The notes below the pieces were generated by a model. That model was not told the origin of the DNA, ran no database searches, and saw only the letters and a program-made list of their open reading frames with translations. From a virus (lineage: Duplodnaviria; Caudoviricetes), in IMG/VR virus record IMGVR_UViG_3300036785_000305, positions 2,232-66,231 of that record: DNA of 64,000 nucleotides, one strand, 5' to 3'. Of this stretch, positions 10,201 to 19,800 are shown in pieces. Every line of letters starts with the position of its first letter. Positions within the stretch are counted from its first letter, which is position 1. The translations under genes were made by a program, and so were the position numbers.

Positions 10201-11513
10201 AGGGCGGGATAAACCTCCAGGGTAGCGCTGGAGTTAGCACTACATTCACTTCAACGATTAATGAATGTAACCTTGTCAATTGCCAGGCATCTGCTGCTAT
10301 TAACATCCAAGACGCGATACACGTCGAGGTTGATAATTGCATCATTTGGGGCAATCAGGGTAATGGCATCGTTATTTCCGGCGTATCTACCAATATCTTT
10401 ATTGAAGGAACGGACGTCGGGTCCTACAGCGGCACTACCGGATCAGGATTGCTCGTTCAGAATACTGGCGCCAATAACCCTGGCGATATATACATATCAA
10501 ACTCTTATTTTGCCGGAGGTCTCTACGCCGGGCTGATTGCTGCCGGAGCAAGAATCTATGCTACGAATTGCGTATTTGGATGGGCGCAGAGTCACGGACT
10601 GTACTTTAGTGGTGTTGCCACTACTACCTTCGTTACATTGACTAACTGCCTATTCACGACTAATGGTAGGACTGCTGGAACATGCTACGAATTGTTCTGG
10701 GCGGGTAGCGGGATCATCAATGTTATAGGATGCCAGTTCGGAACCTGGGTTAACACTACTCCGACTGCTGGCTATGTTGCAGCAACGATGAACTTTACGG
10801 CCGGTACATCGACTGTTAGTGATTGCCAGATTCTTAACAACGTGGCCCCCGGTACTGGCACGTACGCTGGCCGTCCGACGTATTCGGTAAACAACTATGG
10901 CGAGCCGACATCTAACTTCCCGGCTGTGAGGGCTGGAGGTATTGCTGGTACGACTAATGCTACGCGATATGTCGGTGCTACTGGTGGTGGAGGTCCGCCT
11001 GGTTCCGGTACGTTCGCTGTCGGTGACTTTGTCGTAGATCCGCAGGGTCAGGTTTACATTTGTACAGTTGCCGGGTCGCCGGGTACCTGGACTGGCACAG
11101 GCCCTTACACGGTATTTGCTTATGCTAACCCTAACTATACCGTGCCTGCTGATAACTTGCCGCATAATATTGTCGGCGCTGTCGTGACTGTGAATGTTCA
11201 GCCTGGCTGGGAAGTTCTTGTTAACTATTCATCATTCGGCTTGATTGGTGAAGCCAATGCTGCTGCTCATGCCATCCTGAGCTGTAATCTTTTCCTTGAT
11301 GGAGCAGCGGCACCAGGTGTTCCTGCAGGAATGTTGTCTGCCAGAAACGCTAGTATTGGTTATGCCGCAATGATTTCAAACATATGGAAATTTACCGGAC
11401 TATCGGCTGGCAGCCATACAATTCAGCTTGTCTGTCAATTCAATGGGACGACTAGTGCGGCTATTATCCAACAGTCTTCAATTTCAGCTACTGTTTCTAG
11501 ACCACCAATGTAG
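7206..11513 (+). CDS. large fibre/spike protein with two pectin-lyase-like beta-helix regions and tandem lectin-like repeats
   Basis: Two 'WYNVKTM.GAD..GNID.T..I.NAI.AA....GG.VY..PG.YKIS' starts; tandem ~175-aa repeats; short collagen-like GATGPQGPVGP. Confidence 0.75.
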   Translation: MTETYEPFQVTVTAQATPVVTAILPSTAQGSTPSVMWYNVKTMYGADNAGNIDSTTVIQNAINAAHNAGGGVVYFQPGTYKISAPLVVYGGIQIRGDGDANTVINQTSSGSNCFTGTDLNNFKVSNIQLSGPAAGTGKGIQLGLSSHASTGFLHFEDVFVQKFGGDAIDIDTPMASVFDRIITQSNNGNGWNTHSSTYGDSCVWNACFSKSNGLAGFTHTNLNYSDMNGCASDGNAQGIVLTNCQSVVINGPGAESNTGDNFTISGGFGNVLVSPRVFQNANYGIRLTANAKNCSVIAAVDIAPLPGAVAFVITDAGTTCSVMNINNTSPLTFNGSVTVLNDGSGDISAPGLITAYGGIDTTGLSTSAVAKTGAYTLTGTDSTILANANSAAFSVTLPSAAAAGIAGQIYTVKKIDASANVVTVATQSSQTIDGKPNATLTTQYNFVMVQSDGANWQIIGGIAVGATGPQGPVGPSPAQIIDVGDNAAAWSYVQGNNGFMPTTAQGNPGTSYLLSNSNFTVGRNIGPQAHYQFDCYIAAGGWINFYFGCNSAGAGYMSRIDTRSGQPNGISTATAWNTFSGVNGALPAATAGVWHTVTVDVGSNLLTMKVDGVIVYSGNLGGTIAPMGNYIGMSTAATTSYFDNIYVGYSGPVSSPLQAFDIADSAAAWNYGAGNAGFAVSGAQGNPGNSYIVPAAVVVTRNIGAQTHYQFDCYIPANLLCDFYFGCNALGAGYIARVDSRAGTNCGVGTTTSWGAFAGIVGSANIGPVTSGVWHTVTIDVGINLITMKIDGILAHSGNMGGTVNSMGAFIGLSSETGSCYFDNIGIGYSSPPASQLGVLWYNVKTMFGADPTGNIDATAAINNAIVAANATGYGGTVYLPPGWYKISSPINFNNCNFVELRGDGTASRLQPTAAFAGAAAIISTGGGRNAVNNFLIQFTTAWNTNPVADGIQVVHSPYFQTTNVEVLAFNGYGISVICDATGGSSWAHISRLFANGCKGGINLQGSAGVSTTFTSTINECNLVNCQASAAINIQDAIHVEVDNCIIWGNQGNGIVISGVSTNIFIEGTDVGSYSGTTGSGLLVQNTGANNPGDIYISNSYFAGGLYAGLIAAGARIYATNCVFGWAQSHGLYFSGVATTTFVTLTNCLFTTNGRTAGTCYELFWAGSGIINVIGCQFGTWVNTTPTAGYVAATMNFTAGTSTVSDCQILNNVAPGTGTYAGRPTYSVNNYGEPTSNFPAVRAGGIAGTTNATRYVGATGGGGPPGSGTFAVGDFVVDPQGQVYICTVAGSPGTWTGTGPYTVFAYANPNYTVPADNLPHNIVGAVVTVNVQPGWEVLVNYSSFGLIGEANAAAHAILSCNLFLDGAAAPGVPAGMLSARNASIGYAAMISNIWKFTGLSAGSHTIQLVCQFNGTTSAAIIQQSSISATVSRPPM

Positions 11514-11519
11514 GAGTGT

Positions 11520-12158
11520 ATGATGAGCGCTGACGCAGCTGACGCCGGAACGGCGAATGGTGCTGTGCCCGGAACGGGTGAGGGCGATACCGAGGGCCAA
11601 GGGCAACTCGAAGGTGGCGAGCAAACGCAAGGCCAGGAGGGCGAAACGCCTGACCCGGCTGCCGAACTCGCTCACTGGAAGGAGATGGCGCGGAAGCACG
11701 AGAAGCGCGCCAAGGAGAACGCCGCAGCAGCGGCGAGACTGAAGACGATCGACCAGGCCAATATGACTGAGGTCGAAAAGGCCGTAGCAGCACAGCGCGA
11801 AGCGGAACGCGAGCGCGACGAGGCACGCGATATGCATGCCCGCATGATGGCTGCCGCGGCCCAGGACCTACCAGTAGAACTCATCGATTTCCTCGGCACC
11901 GGAACGGAAGAGGAAATTGGCGAGCGAGCAGAGCTACTCGCCAGCTGTATCGAAGAGACCGCTCAGGCGATAGCGGAACAATTGCTGAACGATAAGATCG
12001 CGTCAGGCGAACTTGTCGTCGCAAACGGCAATGGCCGGAACGGCCAGCCTCAAGTCGTACCGGGTCGCCCGGTCGAATCCCTGCGGGCTGGATCAGCCCC
12101 CGCCGGAACGGCGCCAGCAACCCAAGAGCAATGGTTCCGACAGCTGCTCGGACAGTAG
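11520..12158 (+). CDS. capsid scaffolding protein
   Basis: Precedes capsid; acidic N-terminus; 'WKEMARKHEKRAKEN' coiled coil. Confidence 0.85.
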   Translation: MMSADAADAGTANGAVPGTGEGDTEGQGQLEGGEQTQGQEGETPDPAAELAHWKEMARKHEKRAKENAAAAARLKTIDQANMTEVEKAVAAQREAERERDEARDMHARMMAAAAQDLPVELIDFLGTGTEEEIGERAELLASCIEETAQAIAEQLLNDKIASGELVVANGNGRNGQPQVVPGRPVESLRAGSAPAGTAPATQEQWFRQLLGQ

Positions 12159-12174
12159 TTAGAAAGGATGCCCT

Positions 12175-13416
12175 ATGGGCATTTACAATGAAGGAGTCGT
12201 CCGAACTCAGGGCGCTCCCGACCCTCTCGTGCCGCAGCCTCTAGCGACGGCCATTATCCAAGAGGCGCCAAAGGCTTCGGCGGCGCTCTCGCTCATGAAC
12301 AAGACAACCCTGTCATCGAAGACTCAGCGCATGCCAGTGCTCGACGTGCTGCCCATGGCGTACTGGGTCGGCGGCGATACCGGCATGAAGCAGACGACTC
12401 AGCAGGCGTGGAAGAACGTCGTCATGGTCGTCGAGGAACTGGCCTGCATCGTACCCATCCCGATCGCCTATCTTGACGACGCGGACGTGCCGCTGTGGTC
12501 GCAGGTTCAGCCGCGGATCACAGAGGCGGTCGGCGCGCTGATCGACTCGGCGGTGCTGTGGGGCATCAACAAGCCTGCGACCTGGGGTGAGTCGGTGTTC
12601 GTCGGCGCCACCAAGTCCGGCAACACAGCCATCGAGGGCACCGGCGTTGACCTGGGCCAGGACGTAGCGGCGCTGGGCCAGCACATGGCTCAGACCGGCT
12701 ACACACTGTCAGGCTTCGCGGCGATGCCGGGGATGAACTGGAAGCTGGTCGGACTCCGCTCTGCACAGGGCATCCCGATCTACCAGCCGGACATGACCGG
12801 CAAGCCGGGCGGCACGCTTTACGGGTACCAGATGTCCGAGGTCAACAACGGCTCCTGGCAGATGCCTACGGCGGGCGCGGTCATGCTCGGTGGCGACTTC
12901 TCCAAGGCGATCATCGGCATGCGTCAGGACATCACCTTCAAGATGTTCACCGAGGGCGTTGTGTCGGACGACACCGGCAAGGTCATCCTCAACCTCATGC
13001 AGCAGGATGCCGTGGCGATGCGCATGGTCATGCGTCTCGCGTACGCGACCGTCAACCCGGTCACCGTGATGCAGAAGGGCAGCGCGATCACCGCTCGCTG
13101 GCCGTTCGGCGCGGTCCTTGGTGTCGGTACCACGCCGCCTACTACGGGCGCGATCGACGTCAAGGTCGGCTACCCGACGACAGGCGGACAGCTTCTGGCT
13201 GGCGACACCGGCACCGCCGATGTCGAAGCGCTCTCTGACTGGGAGCAGGGTGCTCTTGAGGCGAAGAACGAGGCTCTGGGCGATGACACCCGCGAGGAAT
13301 ACCAGGAGAAGCGCGGCGAGGCCGTGGAGCGTAGCACTCCCGGCAGCCAGCAGCGTAGCACCGGCCGTCGCGGTACGGGTCACACCGGGACCACCGGGAA
13401 CAAGGACAAGGAGTAG
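12175..13416 (+). CDS. major capsid protein (HK97 fold) with C-terminal extension
   Basis: 'EELACIVPIP', 'GDFSKAIIGMRQDIT', 'NLMQQDAVAMR'; strongly GC3-biased codons; AAAGGA RBS. Confidence 0.9.
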   Translation: MGIYNEGVVRTQGAPDPLVPQPLATAIIQEAPKASAALSLMNKTTLSSKTQRMPVLDVLPMAYWVGGDTGMKQTTQQAWKNVVMVVEELACIVPIPIAYLDDADVPLWSQVQPRITEAVGALIDSAVLWGINKPATWGESVFVGATKSGNTAIEGTGVDLGQDVAALGQHMAQTGYTLSGFAAMPGMNWKLVGLRSAQGIPIYQPDMTGKPGGTLYGYQMSEVNNGSWQMPTAGAVMLGGDFSKAIIGMRQDITFKMFTEGVVSDDTGKVILNLMQQDAVAMRMVMRLAYATVNPVTVMQKGSAITARWPFGAVLGVGTTPPTTGAIDVKVGYPTTGGQLLAGDTGTADVEALSDWEQGALEAKNEALGDDTREEYQEKRGEAVERSTPGSQQRSTGRRGTGHTGTTGNKDKE

Positions 13417-13424
13417 GAGGGGAA

Positions 13425-14072
13425 ATGACTGCGTTGCCTGGCCTCGTCACGCCGGATGATATTGCGGCGAGGCTAGGCCGCAGCCTGACCCAGATCGAAG
13501 CAGGCCGGGTCGACGGCATGATTGCGGACGCCTCGGCAATCGTCCGTAGGTACTGTCGCCGAGACTTCCTGTACCATGCGGCTGACACGATCATTACGAC
13601 GGCTGACGGCGGGGTCATCAAGCTGACTTCGTGGAAGCCGATCGCCTCGATTGATGGGATCACCGCGCTCTCGGGTACGCCGGGTATCCAGGACATCCCG
13701 GTGACCTGGTACCACTTCGATGCCGTCGACAAGATCACCGTGTTCAACCCGTCGCTCTCAGGCATTATCAATCTCCCAGAGATCTGGTATGAAGAGACGT
13801 TCTGGTGGGGCGGTAGCTTCCAGATAACCGGGGCGCATGGATTTGTCGACGCGCCCGGTGACGTCGTAGCAATTATCTGTACGGCGATCACGTCCGAGCT
13901 AGCCACGCCTACGCAGTCCGCGACCCTGATGAGTGAATCTGTTGGGGCTTACTCGTTCTCTATGCGTCGTACGTCTGGCGCGGGTCTTAATGCTGCGCTT
14001 GTCGACGCCGGCATGAAGACTGCTCTCCAGGATTACCGGCAGAGCATGGCTACGATGAAGGTGAGGTTGTAA
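13425..14072 (+). CDS. head-to-tail adaptor
   Basis: Position after capsid; 'DDIAARLGRSLT...DASAIVRRY...SESVGAYSFS'. Confidence 0.75.
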   Translation: MTALPGLVTPDDIAARLGRSLTQIEAGRVDGMIADASAIVRRYCRRDFLYHAADTIITTADGGVIKLTSWKPIASIDGITALSGTPGIQDIPVTWYHFDAVDKITVFNPSLSGIINLPEIWYEETFWWGGSFQITGAHGFVDAPGDVVAIICTAITSELATPTQSATLMSESVGAYSFSMRRTSGAGLNAALVDAGMKTALQDYRQSMATMKVRL

Positions 14073-14485
14073 TGTCTATACCTACTACCTTCCAGAGCCC
14101 AGTTTTCCCGTATGGTGTGACTGTTACGCTCGTCAAGCGAATCCTCTCTGGGCAGGATGCAAGCGGTAACGACGTATACACAGAGAAGACTCTTCAGGTT
14201 TCCAATACGGTGTTCGTACCGGGCGGCGCTTCAGAGAATCTGACCTTTGCCGACCAGACGAATACGATAGAACAATTTTACTTGCCCTGGGGCACTGACG
14301 TCAGCGCGTACGACGCCATCATCTTCCAGGGCATCGAGTATGAGATACAGGGAGTCCCTAGTCAGTGGATATCTCCGTTCTCTGGGCGTCCCTCGCCTAT
14401 CCGAGTTACTGCGGTTAAGATCTCTGGAGTGTCGGTCTTATGGCTGCGCGGCGTAGGTATGACCCTGGTATGGGCAGAAAAGTAG
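14072..14485 (+). CDS. head-to-tail stopper
   Basis: Synteny; 'GIEYEIQGVPSQW.SPF'. Confidence 0.7.
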   Translation: MSIPTTFQSPVFPYGVTVTLVKRILSGQDASGNDVYTEKTLQVSNTVFVPGGASENLTFADQTNTIEQFYLPWGTDVSAYDAIIFQGIEYEIQGVPSQWISPFSGRPSPIRVTAVKISGVSVLWLRGVGMTLVWAEK

Positions 14486-14817
14486 AGTTCACGCTGAATC
14501 ATCGCGGCGTCGGGATCATGTTGAACTCGTTCGAGATGATGGAAGCCCTACGGCCGTTCGGCGAAGAAATCAAGATGAAGGCGGAAGTTCTCGCTCCAGT
14601 TTATGAGGGAAGGTACTACGGCAGGGACCCAAGGTATCCTGGACGCTACAAGGCCAGCTTCCATATCCGGTCGCGGCGGTACGGAGGGTCAAAGGGCGAT
14701 CGGGCGCAGGTACTTGTCTATAACGATTCCCCAGAAGCGTTCTGGGTCGAGTACGGTAATAAAGGCAATGAACCGTATCATATCCTTCATCGTGCGGCGT
14801 TTGGTAGGTGGCGGTAA
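14440..14817 (+). CDS. minor tail/neck protein (HK97 gp10-like)
   Basis: 'GRYKASF...AFWVEYG...HILHRAA'. Confidence 0.65.
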   Translation: MAARRRYDPGMGRKVEFTLNHRGVGIMLNSFEMMEALRPFGEEIKMKAEVLAPVYEGRYYGRDPRYPGRYKASFHIRSRRYGGSKGDRAQVLVYNDSPEAFWVEYGNKGNEPYHILHRAAFGRWR

Positions 14818-15215
14818 TGAGCGCTACGATTACGCCATTCCCTGACCCGGAGACGATGCTGATGTACGCACTCGTCCCAATTAACCCGTCGACCTGGAGG
14901 TTTGTTACTATTCTGCCGGCCGGGGATTCCTCGGACATCGTTATTCGGTTCAGGCGTTCCGGTGGTACTAACCGTAATATTGGAATTGACAGTCCTATTG
15001 TTGATGTTGACGTCTTCGGACCTAAGTCTCAGGTTGGGACTGTGTCGGCTGCGGCACGAACCATACAATCTCAGATACTGTCGCTAGCCAGCGCGGTCGT
15101 TTCGAATGGAGTTATTCAGCACGCTTTCACTGTAGTGGGTCCCCGACAACTTCCGGAGGTGAATACAAACTACGTCCGTTACAACGCAACGTACCAACTT
15201 CAAACTCACGCATAG
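14817..15215 (+). CDS. tail terminator
   Basis: Precedes major tail; 'RRSGG...IVDVDVFG...GPRQLP'. Confidence 0.7.
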   Translation: MSATITPFPDPETMLMYALVPINPSTWRFVTILPAGDSSDIVIRFRRSGGTNRNIGIDSPIVDVDVFGPKSQVGTVSAAARTIQSQILSLASAVVSNGVIQHAFTVVGPRQLPEVNTNYVRYNATYQLQTHA

Positions 15216-15234
15216 ATTCACCTAGGAGGGTGAA

Positions 15235-15981
15235 ATGTCAGAAGCTAGCACCGAGCGCAAGTCGCGCGGTAGCAACCGAGACGCAGCGAATCAGTACGAC
15301 CTTCCCGTTCCTCTCACCGGCCTACCGACTCCCGCTTCAGGTGCCTACAAGGACGACGAACTGCTGTACGCGGCGGGCGATGTCGTTGTGTGGGTCGGCA
15401 CCAAGAACAACGCAACGCCTCCGGTGGCGTTCGAGGATCCATCAACACTCGGTACCGGCGAGTATGTGTGCCTCGGCTGGGTGGACGTCGCCGGGTACAT
15501 CTTCAAGCTCGACGAGACCATCAAGGATGTCCCAGCCGCCGGCATCCTCACGCCTGTGCGCTCGATTATCACTGGCGGCATCAAGACCGTGCAGTGTACC
15601 TTCCTGGAGGCGCTCAACCCGTACGTCCGGGCGCTGCACGACGACATGCCGGTCTTCCCGCTCGCGACATCAGTACTCAAGCCGCCGACGACGCCGGTAG
15701 CTCCCCTCATGGCCAACCAGGTAGCGTACATCCTGCCGGACCCGCCTGCCGACAACAGGTATGCCCTGATCTTCGACTCGATCGACGGCGCCAAGCGGCA
15801 GCGGCTGTACGCGCCTCACGCCAAGGTCACCGCGCGTGGCAACGACCAGGCCCAGCAGGGCGACATCACGATGACGGACATGACGTTCACGATGTACCCC
15901 GGAATCATCGGGACCCAAACCAACGCCGTCGCTCAGCGCACGATCGACTACGGCAAGGACGTATCGGCGTACTTCTCGTGA
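15235..15981 (+). CDS. major tail protein
   Basis: Synteny; 'LGWVDVAG', 'FDSIDG', high GC3; AGGAGG RBS. Confidence 0.8.
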   Translation: MSEASTERKSRGSNRDAANQYDLPVPLTGLPTPASGAYKDDELLYAAGDVVVWVGTKNNATPPVAFEDPSTLGTGEYVCLGWVDVAGYIFKLDETIKDVPAAGILTPVRSIITGGIKTVQCTFLEALNPYVRALHDDMPVFPLATSVLKPPTTPVAPLMANQVAYILPDPPADNRYALIFDSIDGAKRQRLYAPHAKVTARGNDQAQQGDITMTDMTFTMYPGIIGTQTNAVAQRTIDYGKDVSAYFS

Positions 15982-16370
15982 CCGAGCAACTCAACCCTGA
16001 ATGGGGCAAGGGAGCAGAAGAGCCCCAGGATGAAGTGCAGGTCGATGTCGACCTCGACTTGCTGGACGAGTCGCTGCGCAAGGAGCGAGTCGGCCAGCGG
16101 ATCACCGTGCGACTTGCGGGTCACGTCATCCATATCCAGCACGCCAAGGACTGGTCGTCAACGGCCATGCGAGCGGCGTCGGGCGGGGACTGGGATACCT
16201 GGGCGCGGGAAGTCATCGATAGCGATGACGAGTTCGTCGCCTGGGTCGACGCAGACCTACGCAACTACCAGGTCGAGGCAGTCTTTGACGAGTGCGGCCG
16301 GCAGTCCAGGATGAACATGGGAAAATCCGGAAAGCGCTCTGGATCACCGAGAGGTTCCCAGAGGCGCTAG
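15978..16370 (+). CDS. tail assembly chaperone (short form)
   Basis: GTGA overlap with major tail stop; contains slippery site. Confidence 0.75.
   Translation: MTEQLNPEWGKGAEEPQDEVQVDVDLDLLDESLRKERVGQRITVRLAGHVIHIQHAKDWSSTAMRAASGGDWDTWAREVIDSDDEFVAWVDADLRNYQVEAVFDECGRQSRMNMGKSGKRSGSPRGSQRR
16319..16325 (+). other. programmed -1 ribosomal frameshift site G GGA AAA
   Basis: Canonical GGGAAAA heptamer in the correct phase; the -1 frame stays open to 16840. Confidence 0.85.
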
Positions 16371-16840
16371 AAGCGGACCTACAGCGCTACTACAACCTAC
16401 CGATCACTAGTCTGGGCGCGGATCTTTCGTGGCGTAGGCTACTGGTACTCGTAGAGCATCTACCACCGGAGGGTGCGTTGAATACCGCGATTCGCAATGC
16501 TACGCCGGAAAATGAACTGGCGCAGGCGACTGGCGATGCTGTGCGCGCTCCGTGGAGCACTCTTGAGTCACTAGTAGCCGCGCTCATTGATGAGGTTCGG
16601 CAGTTCGCTTGGATGTACTCGGCCGTACATGCAAAGAATGCTCCGAAGAGGCCAGAGCCGATTCGGCGTCCGGGCAGCACCGGAAAGCGTCACGGCGGGA
16701 AGCTCATGCGCATCAGCGAGATCCGGACGCTGGACCCACGTATGCGCAATATGAGCGATGACGAGATCCGCGAGCTGTTGAATAGCCCGGCTATGAGGGT
16801 AGGTTCGTTATGGCTCGTGATACCGAAGTCGGTAGCGTAA
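16325..16840 (+). CDS. tail assembly chaperone, frameshifted C-terminal part
   Basis: -1 frame ORF 'EALEADLQRYY...LSWRRLLVLVEHLP...PEPIRRPG'. Confidence 0.8.
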   Translation: MRKALWITERFPEALEADLQRYYNLPITSLGADLSWRRLLVLVEHLPPEGALNTAIRNATPENELAQATGDAVRAPWSTLESLVAALIDEVRQFAWMYSAVHAKNAPKRPEPIRRPGSTGKRHGGKLMRISEIRTLDPRMRNMSDDEIRELLNSPAMRVGSLWLVIPKSVA

Positions 16841-19800
16841 CTGTAGGCGTCGTCCCTGATGCTACGGGTATCGAACAGAAGCTGAAGGACCAGATCGTAC
16901 CTGCGGCAGAGCGTGTCGGTGAAGAAGCCGGCAACGAGATGTCGAATGCTATCGAAGATAAGATGACGGAAGGAGGTGACAAATCAGCTAGCAAATTTGA
17001 GAAGTCTTTCAAGACTCGCCTGAAGAAGGCACTCGATAACCTGCCGGACGCAAAGATCGAGGGCGACGTCACTGATGTCGAACAGAAGATTGAAGAGGTT
17101 CGCGCGGAGATTCAGTCTGTATATGCGCAGCCTTTGATTGACAAGGCTGACGCGGCCCGGTCTATTGACCAGATTATGCTTAAGGTCGCGGCGCTGAGGG
17201 CTGAGGCGGCTAGCGGTATTGACATCCCGGTCGATGTCGATACGCAAGGCATGCTCGCGGATTTTGAGACTGCTATTACCAAGATCCGTGGTAAGGCTAT
17301 AACTGGGGCACTCGTTCCTGGCGGTATGTTCTCAAGAATTCCGTTCAGCGGATCGGCTGCCGATAAGGTTCTTGCGGCCGCCCAACAGCAGGCAGCTGCT
17401 TCGGCAATGCCATCTATGAGCGATATATTCGTTGAGGCCAAGGCGCTACAATTTGCCAGGGATCAAGCAGTAAGAAGGCCATCCTTTGCTAACATCCCGC
17501 TTGGGATGAACGAGATAGTCCAAGATGTCACTAGTATGGGGCCTGCGCGTGCGAAAATGTTCGAGGCTGGTGCCGGCGGATTGCCCGGTGTCATCCAAGG
17601 CGTTATCCGCGAGGCTATGCCGTCTAGCCCGTACGGCGGAGCAAGCTTTGTGGCTGCCGTAGATGGCATCCAAAAAGCTACCTTCTCTATGTCCAAGGAG
17701 ATCGAGCTACTCAGGAAGCCGGTTGGCGATATCGTCAGGAGTTCTGACAATATGGCCACTAGTACCGAAGGGTTCGGACGCCTGCTGAGGGAGATTGCTC
17801 CGAACCCGACGTTTGGTTTTGGTACCAGGGATCTCGGCGGCCGACGGGTTTGGGCCGGTCGCTCAGCCGAGAGGGCGTTCAGGGGTATGGGCGTTCCTGA
17901 GGGTCTTCTTCATGAGCCTGGACTCGGAGGGTACCTGGGCGGGGCGCGGTTCGCTGCCGGCCCTGATGCCATCAGCGACTTCTCGAATCAGTTCTCGAAG
18001 GATCTTGTCAAATTCGAGAAGCCAATGGGCGACATCGTCAAGTATACCGCGAACCTGAACGGTACCGGCCAGGAACTTGTCCGGATGTCGGACTTTATCA
18101 GGCAATCCGATTTCTCAAATCTCGTCACAGGGGATACCTTCTTTAAGAAGATGGCTGATGCCGTTGCGAGAGGCTTCAGGTCAGGACAGCAGGGCGTTCT
18201 TGGCAGACTTAGGGGAATAGTATCCCGCAGAGGTGCCGGTGCCGGGGCTCCGCTCGATACCGGGATTCCGGAAGATGTCGTCAGCTCTATCGAAGCGCGT
18301 CTGAAGAGTGGCGTTCCTATTACTGGCGAGCTAGGTAAGTTTGCCCAGTTCCTAAAGAGCGATGCCGCCAGAGCCCTAGGCACTCCGGGTCCTGTTACTC
18401 CGGAGATAATTGACGCTATCGAGAAACGCCTGACGACTGGTGTGCCTCTGACTGGCGAGCTAAACAAATTCGCAAGATATATAAAGCTTGATGCTGCTCT
18501 AGGTGTCAGGCGTTCGCTTGAGGAACTGATTCCGAGGTACGGCGCAGGCGGCGGGGATGTACAGAAACTTCTCGGGGAATTTGGCGGAGGTCATAGACCT
18601 GCTGCTACCGAAACTCTGCTTAAGGCGTTCGGCGCGGGTGGTGGAGACCTTGAAAAGCTATTGGCTGATTTCGGTGGCGATATCGGTGGCGCTGGCGGCG
18701 GCGGTGGCGGTGGCGGTTTCTTTAGCAAGATTAGCGATTTCTTTGGCAAGATTCCCGGAGCGGGATCTGGTTTGCTCGGAAAGGTGCCGTTCGCCGGAGG
18801 GAATGCATATGCTGGGGCCGGTATTGGCGGGGGAGTCCTTGCCTCGCTTCCGTTTATCGGGCAGATGTTGTCCGGTGGCGCGGTTGCCGGACTCGGCACG
18901 GGCCTTGCTACTATGGGGATTGCGGGCGCGATTCACGGCCTGTCTAGTGCCGCGACGCCGGCCCAGATTAGCGCCGCCAGGATGCAGAGTCAGTCGACAA
19001 CTCTCGCAACAGCTGACGCGCAGTCTAAGCTAAACGCGCTGATGAAGAGCGGTACTGCTACCGCAGCCCAACTAGCGCAGGGTCATTTGGCCGTAGCAGC
19101 GGCTCAGACTAACCAGGCTGCTGCTAGCTCTGCCCTTGCTGATCTGATTGCCAATAAGATCACTCCAGCTCAGCAAGCGATGAGCGATGCGTTCAAGACC
19201 TTTGGTGATGACTTTGGCAAGTCTATGACTACGATCGGCGCGGCATTCGTTCCGGTCCTCACAAACATTGCTAAAGTAGCCGACCAAGTTCTTCACGTCA
19301 TGACTCCGGTATTCGCCGTAGCCGAGCAAATTATTGCGCCGGCCGTTCAGAATATTGGCGGTACATTGCTTAAGGCATTCGCCCAGCCAGCCGTACAGCA
19401 ATCAATTACGGCCGTAGCCAAGGCGTTTGCTGATCTCCTTAATGCCATGTCGCCGAACATCGTCAGCGGTATCGGGGCTATTGCTAACTCTATCACTAAC
19501 ATGGCCGACTCGGTAGCGAAGAATCCGAGACCATTCGCTGACTTTATCAAGTTCCTGTTCGGCGTAGTAAATGCAGCAATTCAGGCTGTTGCCTGGCTGA
19601 CTAGGGTAGCCGACTGGATTGAAAGTTTCCATACATTCTGGGCGGCTATCGGTAAAGGATTCGATGAGGTCATCCACAATATTAAGACAGTGTGGAATTG
19701 GCTTGCGCACTTCCATGATTTCTGGAAACTCGTATGGGCTACCGCGCAGACTTATTTCGACAATTTCGTCGCCGGGATAAAGATAGATTTCAAGGTTATA

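Noticed and set aside
15390-15977. 5' part of the 326-aa ORF 15390..16370
   Set aside because: It overlaps the major tail gene in another frame; the real chaperone start is probably GTG 15978.
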